DNA from: a candidate division WWE3 bacterium
GTDB lineage: Bacteria; Patescibacteriota; WWE3; 2-01-FULL-39-13
Assembly: GCA_943354835.1 (NCBI GenBank)
Contig: CALRDH010000002.1
Location: 42,270 to 106,269, forward strand
Reading direction: 5' to 3'
DNA length: 64,000 nt
A program made the position numbers and the translations under genes. The notes below the pieces were generated by a model, which saw only the letters and a program-made list of their open reading frames with translations, was not told where the DNA came from and searched no databases. Shown in pieces: positions 40,730 through 51,207 of this stretch (its first letter is position 1; every line of letters begins with the position of its first letter).

Positions 40730-41584
40730 CTAAAAAATAGAAAGCTTATACCTTTTGTATTCTTCTTGGTAATTATCTACGTAATCGAAAATAAAGCTTT
40801 TGTTACTAATAAACGGGATTAAGTCATTTGCAAAATCATTTTTATATTTTGTGCAAGCCAGATTAACTTTAATGTCTATGAGATCTTTTAATTCTTCTAA
40901 ATCTAAATTTGGATTATTGATTTTCTCTTTCACTAAATTAATATTTACATTTATTCCTTTTTTTAAATACCATAATAAATCGTAAAAATCTCTACCTTTA
41001 ATTGTTTGCACATTATCTTTTCCAGTTAGTAAATTTCTTGTTAGAATAGCTGAAATTTTCCCTGCAAATAAGCTTGGAAGATCGTAATGTAGTGCAACAA
41101 AGTTATACCCAAAGGCACTTTTAGAAGCTCTTTCAATTTTATAAGATTTGCTATCTACTAAAGTAATGTCAATTTTAATATAAAGCATCTCGGATTCATT
41201 CGGGCCGGCAATACCAATTTCTCTAAGCATCGGAAATTTAAGTAGAATTTGCTTACCTTGTTGTTTGATTGAAATTTTTAATTCAGAATATCTTAATGAA
41301 CTTTTAAAGTATTTCCCTATTTTGTTTGCAATTTCTCTTGGCTCTATTGATTCTATACAATCAAAATCAAGATCTTCTGATAATCTGTCTGTTCCATAAA
41401 AATATCGTAGACATGTGCCTCCTGTAAAAATAAGATTGGATTTAAAATCATTTGACGTATAAATATACTGTAGAACTAAAATTTGCAAATACTCCTTTAT
41501 AACACTTCTAATATAAAGTGGGTTTGACTCTTTGGCTCGCTCTTCTAAAATGATTTCTTTAATATAGTTAAGTATCATATTCAT
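40730..41584 (-). CDS. abiEii: AbiEii-family nucleotidyltransferase toxin (type IV TA)
   Basis: FTGGTCL...RLSEDLDF, K...RDFYDL. Confidence 0.9.
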   Translation of the reverse strand: MNMILNYIKEIILEERAKESNPLYIRSVIKEYLQILVLQYIYTSNDFKSNLIFTGGTCLRYFYGTDRLSEDLDFDCIESIEPREIANKIGKYFKSSLRYSELKISIKQQGKQILLKFPMLREIGIAGPNESEMLYIKIDITLVDSKSYKIERASKSAFGYNFVALHYDLPSLFAGKISAILTRNLLTGKDNVQTIKGRDFYDLLWYLKKGINVNINLVKEKINNPNLDLEELKDLIDIKVNLACTKYKNDFANDLIPFISNKSFIFDYVDNYQEEYKRYKLSIF

Positions 41585-42206
41585 TAAAGACTAATTTGTC
41601 TAAATTAAGAAATTTATCAATAGCCGTGCTTTTGCAATAGTCGGAAAACTCTTTTATTTCCTCTTTAGTAAATTCATCCAAATTTAACCTTAAGTCATGA
41701 ATCATTGACTTAGTTATCAATGAATTTCTGTATAGTTTCAGATAAAGGAAATCAAACAAGGCTTTTGGTTTTGTAGCAATAGCAATTTCAAAACCATCTT
41801 GTTTTATTACTGAATAACCTGTAAATAATGATTTACTAATATTCCTGTAAGAAAATATTCCAAGATTGTTTGAGTATGATCGTGTTGATTTTTGGGTAAT
41901 TGCAGTATAACTAAAAACACTCTCAGTAAGTATTTGATATTTACTTAAAACATATTCTAAACTTAGATATGATGGGTAACGTAGTTTATTACTTATAAAC
42001 TCAAGATAACTTTTAGCATTTTGTTTTGAATAAAAAGATTCAGTTGTGTACACTCCCCTCTTTAATGGGATAATTAATCCTTGTTTTATCCATCTTGAGA
42101 TGTTTTTGTATAAAGTGTTTTTTTCAAGTTCGCATACCTGAGCTATCGTTGCCGTATCAAAATAACTTAGATTTTCTAGTTGTTTAAGCTTGCCTACTTG
42201 TTTCAC
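41568..42206 (-). CDS. abiEi: AbiEi-family antitoxin/regulator
   Basis: wHTH, LKRGVY, SYLSLEYVL, KALFDFLY; GTG 42206 follows TTGACT-18 bp-TATAAT. Confidence 0.82.
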   Translation of the reverse strand: MKQVGKLKQLENLSYFDTATIAQVCELEKNTLYKNISRWIKQGLIIPLKRGVYTTESFYSKQNAKSYLEFISNKLRYPSYLSLEYVLSKYQILTESVFSYTAITQKSTRSYSNNLGIFSYRNISKSLFTGYSVIKQDGFEIAIATKPKALFDFLYLKLYRNSLITKSMIHDLRLNLDEFTKEEIKEFSDYCKSTAIDKFLNLDKLVFNEYDT

Positions 42207-42328
42207 TATTCGTACATTATATATACAGTAAGCGGAACAAGTCAAACAGTAAAAAACTGTGCACTCCGAAATGACATAAGGGGCCTTATATCTCCGCTTA
42301 AGTTGCAATAACTGGACTTGGATTTGAC

Positions 42329-43483
42329 CTATATTCCTTCAAATCTCGCAGTCATTGTAGGGTTTCCATGCGTCAGTCTTTTTATTGTTAATTCGTCTGC
42401 TTTGTTATTCGCACGCCTTAGATTGTCTTCAGAAGATAACAATGCGTCTTTTGTTTTTTGAAGATGATCTATCGTTTTATCTATTTCTTCTATCGCCGTT
42501 TTAAACCTGCGACTTGCTAGCTCATAGTTTTTTGCAAATCCTTCTTTAAATTTATTAACATTATCTTCAAAATTTGTAATATCAATATTTTGACTTTTTA
42601 CCAATGCAAGTTCGGCCTTGTATTTAAGCGAATTCAATCCCGCATTTCGAAGCAGTGTAATTATAGGAATAAAAAATTGCGGCCTTACAACATACATTTT
42701 TGGAAATTTATGCGAGACATCAACAATACCAGCATTATAAAGTTCATTGTCGGCTTCAAGAAGTGTTACAAGAACGCCGTACTCACACTTTTTTTCTAAA
42801 CGATCTTTATCTAGTTCGCGAAAAAAATCTTCATTTTTTTGTTTTGTACTACTTTGATCGCCTTCATTTTTCATTTCAAACATAATAGAAATTATCTCTG
42901 TACCAGATTCATCATTCTCGCGATAAATATAATCGCCTTTGCTTCCTGATTTTGCATCATTATCTTTTTCGAAATATGCATTCTGAAAACCTGTTGCACG
43001 AAGTCTATTAAATTCAATCTCGCAATGTTGCTCAAGAGTTTCTCCAATCATCTTTGTTGAAAGTTTGACCTTCATGTCCTTTCGAAGCTCGATCTCTTCG
43101 TCTTTCATTTTTATAATATTGTCTCTTGTGCTAAGTTCGGCTAAAAATTTCTCTTTAAGGGCAACATCGTGAAGTTGAATCTCCGTTTCTTTGCTTTTTA
43201 ACTTCCCTATTACTTCGTCTCTTTCCTTTTCGATTTTATTGACAGCCTCTGTAATTGCCAACTTTTTTTCAAGCTCGGCACTGTTTATTTTTGAATTTAA
43301 TTCAGATAACTTTGTTTGAAGTTCATTTTTAACATTCGCCTCGGTTAGTTTAACCGCGGATTCTAACCGATCATGCAATTCCTTTTCGAACTCATGATTG
43401 CGGACTTGTGTAAGAATATCTGCAAATCCAGATTCATCTACCTTAAAGGCCTTTTTGCAATGTGGACAAATAATATCTTGCAT
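42329..43483 (-). CDS. DUF2130 coiled-coil protein
   Basis: ICPHC N-terminus, [31 protein letters not shown]. Confidence 0.88.
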   Translation of the reverse strand: MQDIICPHCKKAFKVDESGFADILTQVRNHEFEKELHDRLESAVKLTEANVKNELQTKLSELNSKINSAELEKKLAITEAVNKIEKERDEVIGKLKSKETEIQLHDVALKEKFLAELSTRDNIIKMKDEEIELRKDMKVKLSTKMIGETLEQHCEIEFNRLRATGFQNAYFEKDNDAKSGSKGDYIYRENDESGTEIISIMFEMKNEGDQSSTKQKNEDFFRELDKDRLEKKCEYGVLVTLLEADNELYNAGIVDVSHKFPKMYVVRPQFFIPIITLLRNAGLNSLKYKAELALVKSQNIDITNFEDNVNKFKEGFAKNYELASRRFKTAIEEIDKTIDHLQKTKDALLSSEDNLRRANNKADELTIKRLTHGNPTMTARFEGI

Positions 43484-43553
43484 ATTGAATTATGGTAGCA
43501 TGTTTTACTTGATTATTGGTCAATCGGAGACAGACTGGATGAGTTGAGAAATC

Positions 43554-44231
43554 TTATTTCTTCGCACACGTAAGTACGTCTTTTTTGTCGAGGCCAAGTA
43601 TTAGGTAGCATTCGATGTTTTCGTTTTTATATGCATCGATTGTTTGGCCTGCTCCGGCTGCGGATTTTGTTATGTCTAATGTTAATTCTTGTTCTAGCAA
43701 GTTTTTAACTATAACTATTTGAGCTTTTTCTTTAACAGCACTTGTAAAATCTATAGTCCATGACTTTTTATCTCCATCTACATTCATTGTTGGTACGAAA
43801 TTCGAAGACAAACCTGAATTTAATTTTCCAAAAAGTACTGATATTTCAGAAGGAATTTCGCTTGTAACAATTATTGATCCCTTCATAAAAGGATGTATTC
43901 CACAATGATATGTATAAGTTCCTTCTTTAGTAAATGTATAGCTGAATTTTTCGCTATTTGCTAATTTGGGGCTTTTGAATAAATCTGAATCGCTAATAAC
44001 ATCATGTCCGTATACCTCATTATTAACCCAAGAAACAGTATCCCCTACTTTAACATTAAGAGTACTTGGCTCGAATGAATTTTTCAGTATGCTAATGTCA
44101 TTTGGATTTAAAGTTGTGGCTGGTTTGAGAACAACTTGAGGTGTCTTTCTCTGATTCACATACACAAATCCAATTACCAAAGCGATAAGTACGATTCCGA
44201 AAAAGGCAAAAATAATTTTCTTATCAAACAT
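43554..44231 (-). CDS. Membrane-anchored cupredoxin (plastocyanin-like)
   Basis: FEPSTLNVKVGDTVSWVN..H; YHCGIHPFM type-1 Cu ligands. Confidence 0.85.
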   Translation of the reverse strand: MFDKKIIFAFFGIVLIALVIGFVYVNQRKTPQVVLKPATTLNPNDISILKNSFEPSTLNVKVGDTVSWVNNEVYGHDVISDSDLFKSPKLANSEKFSYTFTKEGTYTYHCGIHPFMKGSIIVTSEIPSEISVLFGKLNSGLSSNFVPTMNVDGDKKSWTIDFTSAVKEKAQIVIVKNLLEQELTLDITKSAAGAGQTIDAYKNENIECYLILGLDKKDVLTCAKK

Positions 44232-44263
44232 ATAAATAAATAGTAACACATTGGCCGGAATAT

Positions 44264-45480
44264 TTACTTTATGAATTGGTATTGTATGAACCAGACGGCG
44301 ATAGCCGCGATATATCCGAATAGAGCTGGAAGTGTTGCGTATTTTAGGTATTTATCAAATGTTAATTCTTTTACCATTCCCATAGCGACAACGCCTGAAA
44401 CACTTCCTATTACAAGTAAGGATCCACCTGTTCCAACAGTTAATGCTAAAAGTGTCCAAATTGGAACATCATTAATTCGAATAATGTCTATAGCAAGTGC
44501 TGTTAACGGAACATTATCAACGATAGCTGAAAAAACTCCCATAATAATATTTCCCCAAATAACGCGGGCGATTTCTTGCATTTCTCCGAATAATACCTTT
44601 GAAAGCATTTCTAAAAAGCCAAGTGCGCTTAAGGCTGAAACTGAAAGCAAAATTCCTGCAAAGAATTTCAAAGAAGAAATATTTGTTTTTTGTAAAAGGT
44701 GTTCAATATTTGCTTCTAAGTGTGTGTATGTTTGGGATCTAACTTTCAAATATTCAATCAATGACCAAACAATACCAAGTCCGAATAAAAGTCCAAAGTA
44801 TGGTTGAAGTCCAATACTATTCATTAGAACAGGAAGTATAAAAGACAAAAGGCTTAACGTAATGACCAACTTTTCTCCAGCTGTTAATGTGATTTTCTCT
44901 ACTGCTACCTTTTTTGCGACTTCATTTACAATATTTTTTCTAAGCATGAATCCTGAAACTACTGCCAATGTAGCGGCCGGTAAAAATCCTTCTCTAATAA
45001 CATCAAGTGCACTAAACTTTCCTGCAAGCCATATCATAATTGTCGTAACATCCCCAATTGGTGACCAAGCGCCACCGGCATTAGCTAAAATAACAATTCC
45101 TGCTGCAACAACGATAAGGTTTTTATCTTTAAAAAACTTTCGTGCAATCTGAATCATAACTATAGTTACAGTTAAATTATCAAGTACTGCAGAAATGAAA
45201 AATGTAAGGATTCCTATAACAACAAAAAGTTATAGTGGACAAGGATTTCAACCAAAGTCATAGCGGCAAGTAGAAACATCATAATGCTAAAAACTTCTGT
45301 TCCTGCCTCGGCCATATGTTCATGAAGAAATTCTTTGTCAACGCCTGATAATGCAACAAGGATCCATAAAACACTTGCAAGAGCCAATGCAATTGCTGAC
45401 TTGTGTGTGTGTAATTTGTGCTCTAAGGTTATAAAAACATAACCTACTATAAAGATAATGCCTGCTAAAATTGTAATCAT
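44264..45480 (-). pseudogene. nhaD: NhaD-type Na+/H+ antiporter split by frameshift/deletion near 45220
   Basis: ISAVLDNLT in shifted frame; ANAGGAWSPIGDVTT, SAIVDNVPL, GTGGSLLVIGS. Confidence 0.82.
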
Positions 45481-45541
45481 AAATTTAAAACCTGCAGACT
45501 ATACTACAAAATGTTTATGTTGTATATATGAGAACGGAAAG

Positions 45542-46789
45542 TTAAAAATTTGTCTCAAAGAACCTTTTATGCCCTTTTGATATGATCAATAGCATAACCA
45601 TTATTAGTCCAATTAATGAATAAATGCTAAATATTGTTGTGAATCCAAAGATTTGTGCAAAGAAGCCTCCTAAAACTGGACCAATAACATAAGCCATATT
45701 TATAAAGAAGTCATTAACTCCGAGTATATCTACTTCGTGCTCTGGATGTATTCGCACAAATTTTACAAAAAGTGAGCTTAAAGATGGTAAACATAGAGAG
45801 AAAAAGAACGATGATAGAAGTACAAGTCCTACCATTATGACTTCCGAACTTCTGAATGGGAATATTAAAGCTAAAAATAGGCTTCCTAATATAAATGATC
45901 CAAATGCGACCTTTTTATCGCCATGTTTTTTTGCAAGATTCCCTATAAAAAAGCCTGTAAATAATCCAGGTATCATAAAACATGTTAAAAATAATGATCC
46001 TAAAAAATGATTGCTAAATTGTTCTATTAATAAAGGGCCGATTGTCCAATAAAACGCATCAAGTAAACTTAAAAGCAAACTTAAAATCAACAGGTGACGA
46101 ATTTTTTTTGATACCTTTATCCAAGTTTTTATCTCAGTTATAAAGCTAATTTTCTTGTGTTTGTATGTATTTATTGTTTGAGGTGTTTTTTTATGTTTAA
46201 CCAATAACACCGTGGACAAGAAAAATATCAATGCTAATACAAGGAAGAAGTAAGTAAACGCAATTGGATACCAAGTTAGTGTATAAATAATTAAAAGAGA
46301 AGCAATAAATGGAGCTAACATATATCCAAGGCCTTCAAAGACACTCATTAATCCGAATGAAGATGTATGTTCTGATTCCTTAATTTCAGAAACTGCAAAA
46401 TCAAATTTGCTAAATATTTTTAAGTCGTAGTAAATTCCCCAAACAGCCATTGCGGTTACAAATAAAAATGCGTTATTGGCTTTAAATAAAAGTAGAGGAT
46501 AAGCAAAACACAATAATAAAAGCGCATAAATAAAGCGTTTGTACTTTGTGTTTTGAAAATATCTGCCGATAACAAGATCAAAGATTGCTCCAAATACTGA
46601 AGAAGAACTATATATAAGCCCCATTGTAAAAACAGAGAAACCACGTTCTGTAATAAGTATTGGTGTGAAAAAGCTAACAAATCCGTCAAAGAGTGTCCAG
46701 AAAAATAAGAAAAGAGAAAAAGCGATTAATGGTTTATTTGTAAGACCATAGCTTTTAAAATAGTCCCTAAGATGGTTTATAGAATGCAT
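45542..46789 (-). CDS. MFS transporter
   Basis: ~12 TM segments, two-fold repeat, GPVLGG. Confidence 0.82.
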   Translation of the reverse strand: MHSINHLRDYFKSYGLTNKPLIAFSLFLFFWTLFDGFVSFFTPILITERGFSVFTMGLIYSSSSVFGAIFDLVIGRYFQNTKYKRFIYALLLLCFAYPLLLFKANNAFLFVTAMAVWGIYYDLKIFSKFDFAVSEIKESEHTSSFGLMSVFEGLGYMLAPFIASLLIIYTLTWYPIAFTYFFLVLALIFFLSTVLLVKHKKTPQTINTYKHKKISFITEIKTWIKVSKKIRHLLILSLLLSLLDAFYWTIGPLLIEQFSNHFLGSLFLTCFMIPGLFTGFFIGNLAKKHGDKKVAFGSFILGSLFLALIFPFRSSEVIMVGLVLLSSFFFSLCLPSLSSLFVKFVRIHPEHEVDILGVNDFFINMAYVIGPVLGGFFAQIFGFTTIFSIYSLIGLIMVMLLIISKGHKRFFETNF

Positions 46790-47288
46790 TTACTTCCTTC
46801 CATTGATTGGGTGAATAAACTTTAGTGGCAGAACTAAATGGCCAGAATTTTCCTAAAAATTTGCCGAGTTTTGATTTAAATGGATACGGCCTAAAAATTG
46901 TGTCATCTGGATTATAAAAAATATCTGAAGGAAGACCGCTTTTTAAATAAGCATTTTGTAAAACTTTAAATTCATCTTTAGAAAGTGTTATTTCCCAGCA
47001 ACTAGTGACGTCGTGATGGCTGAATTTGCTGAAATTTGGTCTTGAATATAAATGTAATCCAAAAATACTAATGCTATTTTTTATTAGTGAATATACTAAA
47101 TCCTCTATAAAATTTTCCTTTTCCTTTTGATTTTTGGGAAGCCTGCCTTCTTTTATATCGTTTGCGAAACCTTTGGCCTTGTAATGACTACACCAATTTC
47201 CGATAGTCTTCGCAGTAACTAAAATAGCCTTATCAGATGGGAAATCCTCTTTATTGTGAAAATAATAAAGGTCCGGAATATACCTCAT
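46767..47288 (-). CDS. Hypothetical protein
   Basis: 173-aa ORF overlapping the MFS start. Confidence 0.6.
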   Translation of the reverse strand: MRYIPDLYYFHNKEDFPSDKAILVTAKTIGNWCSHYKAKGFANDIKEGRLPKNQKEKENFIEDLVYSLIKNSISIFGLHLYSRPNFSKFSHHDVTSCWEITLSKDEFKVLQNAYLKSGLPSDIFYNPDDTIFRPYPFKSKLGKFLGKFWPFSSATKVYSPNQWKEVNAFYKPS

Positions 47289-47334
47289 TAGAATATGATA
47301 TCACTTGTTTGGATTTGATATAATATGCGCCATA

Positions 47335-48329
47335 ATGCAAATGCTACAAGGTTTTGGACAAATAGAGACTCAAATTAACGAACCTGCAAGTGGACTTTTG
47401 GAAACTAGTGCTGCAAAAAACTCTTTGGAGTTGATAATACACAACTACAGACCTTAGCAAGCGATAGATCTAATTGGCCATCGACTGCTCTTAACGAGAG
47501 AGCTATTTATGAAACTCCAGAAGGTTGGTTTGGTATAAGAAGTGGTGAAGCAATGAATAGTACTGTTATTACAGTTTACTTTACTGATAGCACAGGAGAG
47601 TTAGTTACATCAGTTAGCGCAACTATAGATAATCATCAAGCTTTTCCTACTTCAAGCCCAAAAGTTGTAACACTTGTTGGATACAGACATCAAGTTGTTG
47701 TTCCTGGATGTATAGATTCGGAAATTCTAATTGAAACATTATATCCAAATTTTATTGAAACAAAACCAAAAAATACAGCTGGACTTATCTTGATTGATAA
47801 ACATGAAATAACAGAAAAGGAAGCTGAAAGAAAATCTCTTGGTGATGTTAGTCACGAACAGGATAGAAAGCGTTTGATTACGCAAGCCGAACAAGATGAA
47901 TATATTTTAAAACTAAGTGAAGGTTTGAATTGGTACATTGCTAACAGCCAAAACTTACCAAGACCATTAATGTCATTTGAAAGGTATTCAGAAGAATTGC
48001 GTTTGATTGATCGTCTATTAAAGGATGAGCCATCCAAAGATAAAAAACCCATGATAGAAGACCTTGTGAAAGCTTTTTTTGAGACATCTGATAACGTCGT
48101 CCAGGAATTTTTAGAAAAATGGGAGGTCGATCAGTTGTCTGGCCATACGGATAGGGAAACTGCTGATTATGTAAGTTTAGTATTAAAATGTAATGATCTC
48201 AAAAAATCATATGATGAAGGTTCTTTCGTGCCAGATGATATTGTAAGATCGATCTGGGTATCATTTTCTGGATTAAAGAATAGAAAATCAGGAAATGGAA
48301 TTACAACTCTTCGCTCTGTACAGCTTTAA
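47335..48329 (+). CDS. Hypothetical protein, probably frameshifted at A6 run 47415-47420
   Basis: ATG 47335 frame joins the 47553 ORF frame (open from 47409) if one A is added. Confidence 0.55.
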
Positions 48330-49639
48330 ATTTTGTAATCAATTCTTTCCATATCGCGCGGGAACATTGTTGCTTCGCGTACGTTTTTAAGACCTAATAC
48401 TTGCATGGTTATTCTTTCTGCTCCGAATGCAAATCCGCCTTCTGGTGGAACGCCGTATTTAAATGCTTCCAAAAATCCTTTTATTTTTTCAGTGTCCATT
48501 CCCCACTCTTTTGCATGTTTTAATAATTGTTCGTAATCGTTGATACGTCTTCCTCCTGATAAAAGTTCAACGCCTCTGCATAAAAGATCTACGCCTTCGT
48601 TAAATTCTGGATTTTCTGGGTTTGGATAGACATAAAACGGTTTCTTTTTTGTTGGATATCCATAAACAAAAACCAAATCTGATCCAGTTTCTTCTTTTAT
48701 AATAGAGCAAATATCACGTTCACTTTCTGGATTTAGATCTTTATCACCTCGCATATCCTTGCCAAGCTTTTGAAAAATCATTTCTTGCGCTTCGGTTAAG
48801 CTTAACGTTGGAGTCTTTTCTATTGTTTGAGGCAATTTAACGTCGAACATTTTTAATTCATGTGGACATTGTTTTTCGATTTGTTCAAAGACATATTTAA
48901 TCAAATTTTCTGCCATGTCTTTTACATCTGTCCAACTTTCAATAAATCCCATTTCGGCATCAAGTGAAACGATTTCAGTTAAATGTCTTGTTGTAACGCT
49001 TGGTTCAGCCCTAAAAACTTTATTAACGCTAAATACTCTTTCAAAAGCGCTCATAACAATTTGTTTGTAAAGTTGCGGGCTTTGTGAAAGATAAGCCTTT
49101 TTATCAAAATAATTGACTTCAAAAACTTCAGCGCCGCCTTCGGCAACGGCCGGAGTAATTGCAGGAGCCTGAAATTCAAAAAAGCCATTTTGCTTTAAGA
49201 ATTCTCTAAACGAATCTATTATTACTGCTTGGATTTTAAAGATTGCTTGAACTTTTGGATGTCTTAATGAAACTGGTCTATGATCAAGCAAAGTTGGAAG
49301 TTCAACATCAAGTTCTGCTTTTCCTAAATCAAAAGGCAAAGTTTCTGCCGGAACGGCAAAAACTTTGTATTCTTCTACATCAATTTCGACAGTTCCTGTT
49401 GGCATATCTGGATTCACCATTTTTTCTGGTCTGGCTTTTACCATTCCTATAATTTCGATTGCGGATTGTGTAAGAAGTTCACTCATCTTATTAAAGCCGA
49501 CGCACTGAATGCGTCCTGTGCGATCCCTAAGCTCAATAAAAGTTAGCTTTCCATGATCACGCTTGATATCAACCCATCCTTTTAGTAAAACTTTTTGTCC
49601 AATAAGTGAAATTGTTTCTGTTGCAAGTGTTCGATTCAT
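48326..49639 (-). CDS. aspS: Short, probably non-discriminating aspartyl-tRNA synthetase
   Basis: YLSQSPQLYKQ, FRAEPSVTTRHL, GVPPEGGFAFGAER; no GAD insert. Confidence 0.92.
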   Translation of the reverse strand: MNRTLATETISLIGQKVLLKGWVDIKRDHGKLTFIELRDRTGRIQCVGFNKMSELLTQSAIEIIGMVKARPEKMVNPDMPTGTVEIDVEEYKVFAVPAETLPFDLGKAELDVELPTLLDHRPVSLRHPKVQAIFKIQAVIIDSFREFLKQNGFFEFQAPAITPAVAEGGAEVFEVNYFDKKAYLSQSPQLYKQIVMSAFERVFSVNKVFRAEPSVTTRHLTEIVSLDAEMGFIESWTDVKDMAENLIKYVFEQIEKQCPHELKMFDVKLPQTIEKTPTLSLTEAQEMIFQKLGKDMRGDKDLNPESERDICSIIKEETGSDLVFVYGYPTKKKPFYVYPNPENPEFNEGVDLLCRGVELLSGGRRINDYEQLLKHAKEWGMDTEKIKGFLEAFKYGVPPEGGFAFGAERITMQVLGLKNVREATMFPRDMERIDYKI

Positions 49640-49683
49640 GTTGGAATTGTAGTTGGTTCGGAAAAAGGAGTCAAATGAGAACT

Positions 49684-49717
49684 AAAAAGGAGAGGCTTTA
49701 AGACCTCTCCTTTTTTT
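49684..49717. terminator. Bidirectional intrinsic terminator
   Basis: AAAAAGGAGAGG-CTTTAAGA-CCTCTCCTTTTTTT. Confidence 0.85.
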
Positions 49718-49743
49718 GCTTAAGCAAAAATTTTCAAACTTAG

Positions 49744-49818
49744 TTACTTTTTTGCTTTCTTTTTTACGGCTGTTTTTGGTTTCTTTGCAGCTTTTTTTGC
49801 AGGACTTTTTGCTTTCAT
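49744..49818 (-). CDS. 24-aa Lys/Ala-rich peptide MKAKSPAKKAAKKPKTAVKKKAKK
   Basis: SD-like GGCGGTGA 6 nt before ATG; terminator directly downstream. Confidence 0.7.
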   Translation of the reverse strand: MKAKSPAKKAAKKPKTAVKKKAKK

Positions 49819-49962
49819 CGAATATCACCGCCCAAAATACTGCGCCATAATCTACAAAATCTAATCATAGTTTATGGGCAGAAAAACTATTTATAAACCA
49901 ATGATGCGACTTATATTTCATACGTCAAGCATGTGTAAATGTATATAGGATACTTTGCGAAT

Positions 49963-51030
49963 TTAGTTGATGTAGTCTGCGATTTCTTTGTGTATTAAAG
50001 AATAATCATTATCTTTTGCAACAAGTGTCCAGGCGCCGCCGTAGGCGGCGCGGTCTTGCGGATTATACAAAAAATTTGTTGTATCAAGACTTAAGTTTTT
50101 AATTTCAATATTTTTATAATTCATTAAAAGATCAAATAGTATTGTAGTGTCAGAAATCGTTATATCAGTGTATATATTTCGTGTTGCGATTTCGTATAAA
50201 ACTTTTGCGGTTTTTGGATTAAACATATTTTCAGGTTTAAAAAAGTTCTTTACTACAGCACTCATTACTATTTGTTGTCTTTTGCCACGTGCATAATCAC
50301 TTCCTTCGCCATTTGTTCCTTTGCGTGACCTTGCATATTGAAGTGCTGTTTCTCCATCCATTGTTTGTAATCCTTTATCAAATTTGATACTTATTACTTC
50401 ATCTGTTCCTTTTCTGTCATTTGGATACCAATCATCAGTAAAATCGACTGGCACATCTATATCAACTCCGGAAACGGCATCAACAGCATAAACAAAAGCG
50501 TCAAAATCTACACGAATGATTCGATCAGGTCTTTGTCCTGTAACTTCTTCGACTATATCTTTCATAGCATCAGGGCCCTTTAGGTTGTAGACCGAATTTA
50601 TTTTATATGTGCCAGCCCAAACGTCTCGTGGAATGTGTGTAATAACGGCTTTTTTTCTATCGTTTGATAGTGTAATCAATTGAATAACATCTGTACGGAA
50701 ATTTGTTTGATCGCCCGTTCTTCTATCGATTCCTAGAACTAAAATGTTAAATGGTTTAGTTTTATCGTCTGGTTTATTTGCTTTTTTTGATTTTACTAAA
50801 GATGCCTTTTCATCAATTTTTGTTTTTGAAGTTTTATCGTTTTGTATTCCTTCAAATTCTTTATCATCAATAGCTGCTGTTAAATCGGATTGATCTACTA
50901 GTGGTGATTCGATTTTTGTTGATGTATTTAAATATGGCCTCGCAAAAAAATAGCCGAATGTTAGAACAGAAAGCATTAATGTCCACAGAATTATGAAATT
51001 AATTGAAGATAAACCTTTATGGGCAGTCAT
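49963..51030 (-). CDS. LCP (LytR-CpsA-Psr) family protein
   Basis: TM; NILVLGID, RTDVI, IPRD, ALQYARSR, SDYARGKRQQ. Confidence 0.92.
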   Translation of the reverse strand: MTAHKGLSSINFIILWTLMLSVLTFGYFFARPYLNTSTKIESPLVDQSDLTAAIDDKEFEGIQNDKTSKTKIDEKASLVKSKKANKPDDKTKPFNILVLGIDRRTGDQTNFRTDVIQLITLSNDRKKAVITHIPRDVWAGTYKINSVYNLKGPDAMKDIVEEVTGQRPDRIIRVDFDAFVYAVDAVSGVDIDVPVDFTDDWYPNDRKGTDEVISIKFDKGLQTMDGETALQYARSRKGTNGEGSDYARGKRQQIVMSAVVKNFFKPENMFNPKTAKVLYEIATRNIYTDITISDTTILFDLLMNYKNIEIKNLSLDTTNFLYNPQDRAAYGGAWTLVAKDNDYSLIHKEIADYIN

Positions 51031-51058
51031 ACTAAAATGAGTATATCAGATTATAAAG

Positions 51059-51144
51059 TGGTCCAGGGGGGTGGGTTCGAACCACCGTAGGGAAAACCCG
51101 CCAGATTTACAGTCTGGTGCGATTGACCGCTCCGCCACCCCTGG
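51059..51144 (-). tRNA. tRNA-Tyr(GTA) with C1:G72 and long variable arm
   Basis: CCAGGGG/CCCCTGG-A-CCA; anticodon arm CCAGA-CTGTAAA-TCTGG. Confidence 0.95.
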
Positions 51145-51207
51145 AAGCTTTATTTAAGCATATAATGCTACGCCGAAATTATATCATTATGTTAGAATTT
51201 GGTAACA

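Noticed and set aside
42207-42308. N-terminal extension of AbiEi
   Set aside because: Contains the predicted promoter and the 23-bp scar; GTG 42206 preferred
47309-47321. TTGGATTTGATAT matching the 40064 repeat region
   Set aside because: 13 bp, AT-rich and overlapping a common TGATATAAT promoter motif; likely chance
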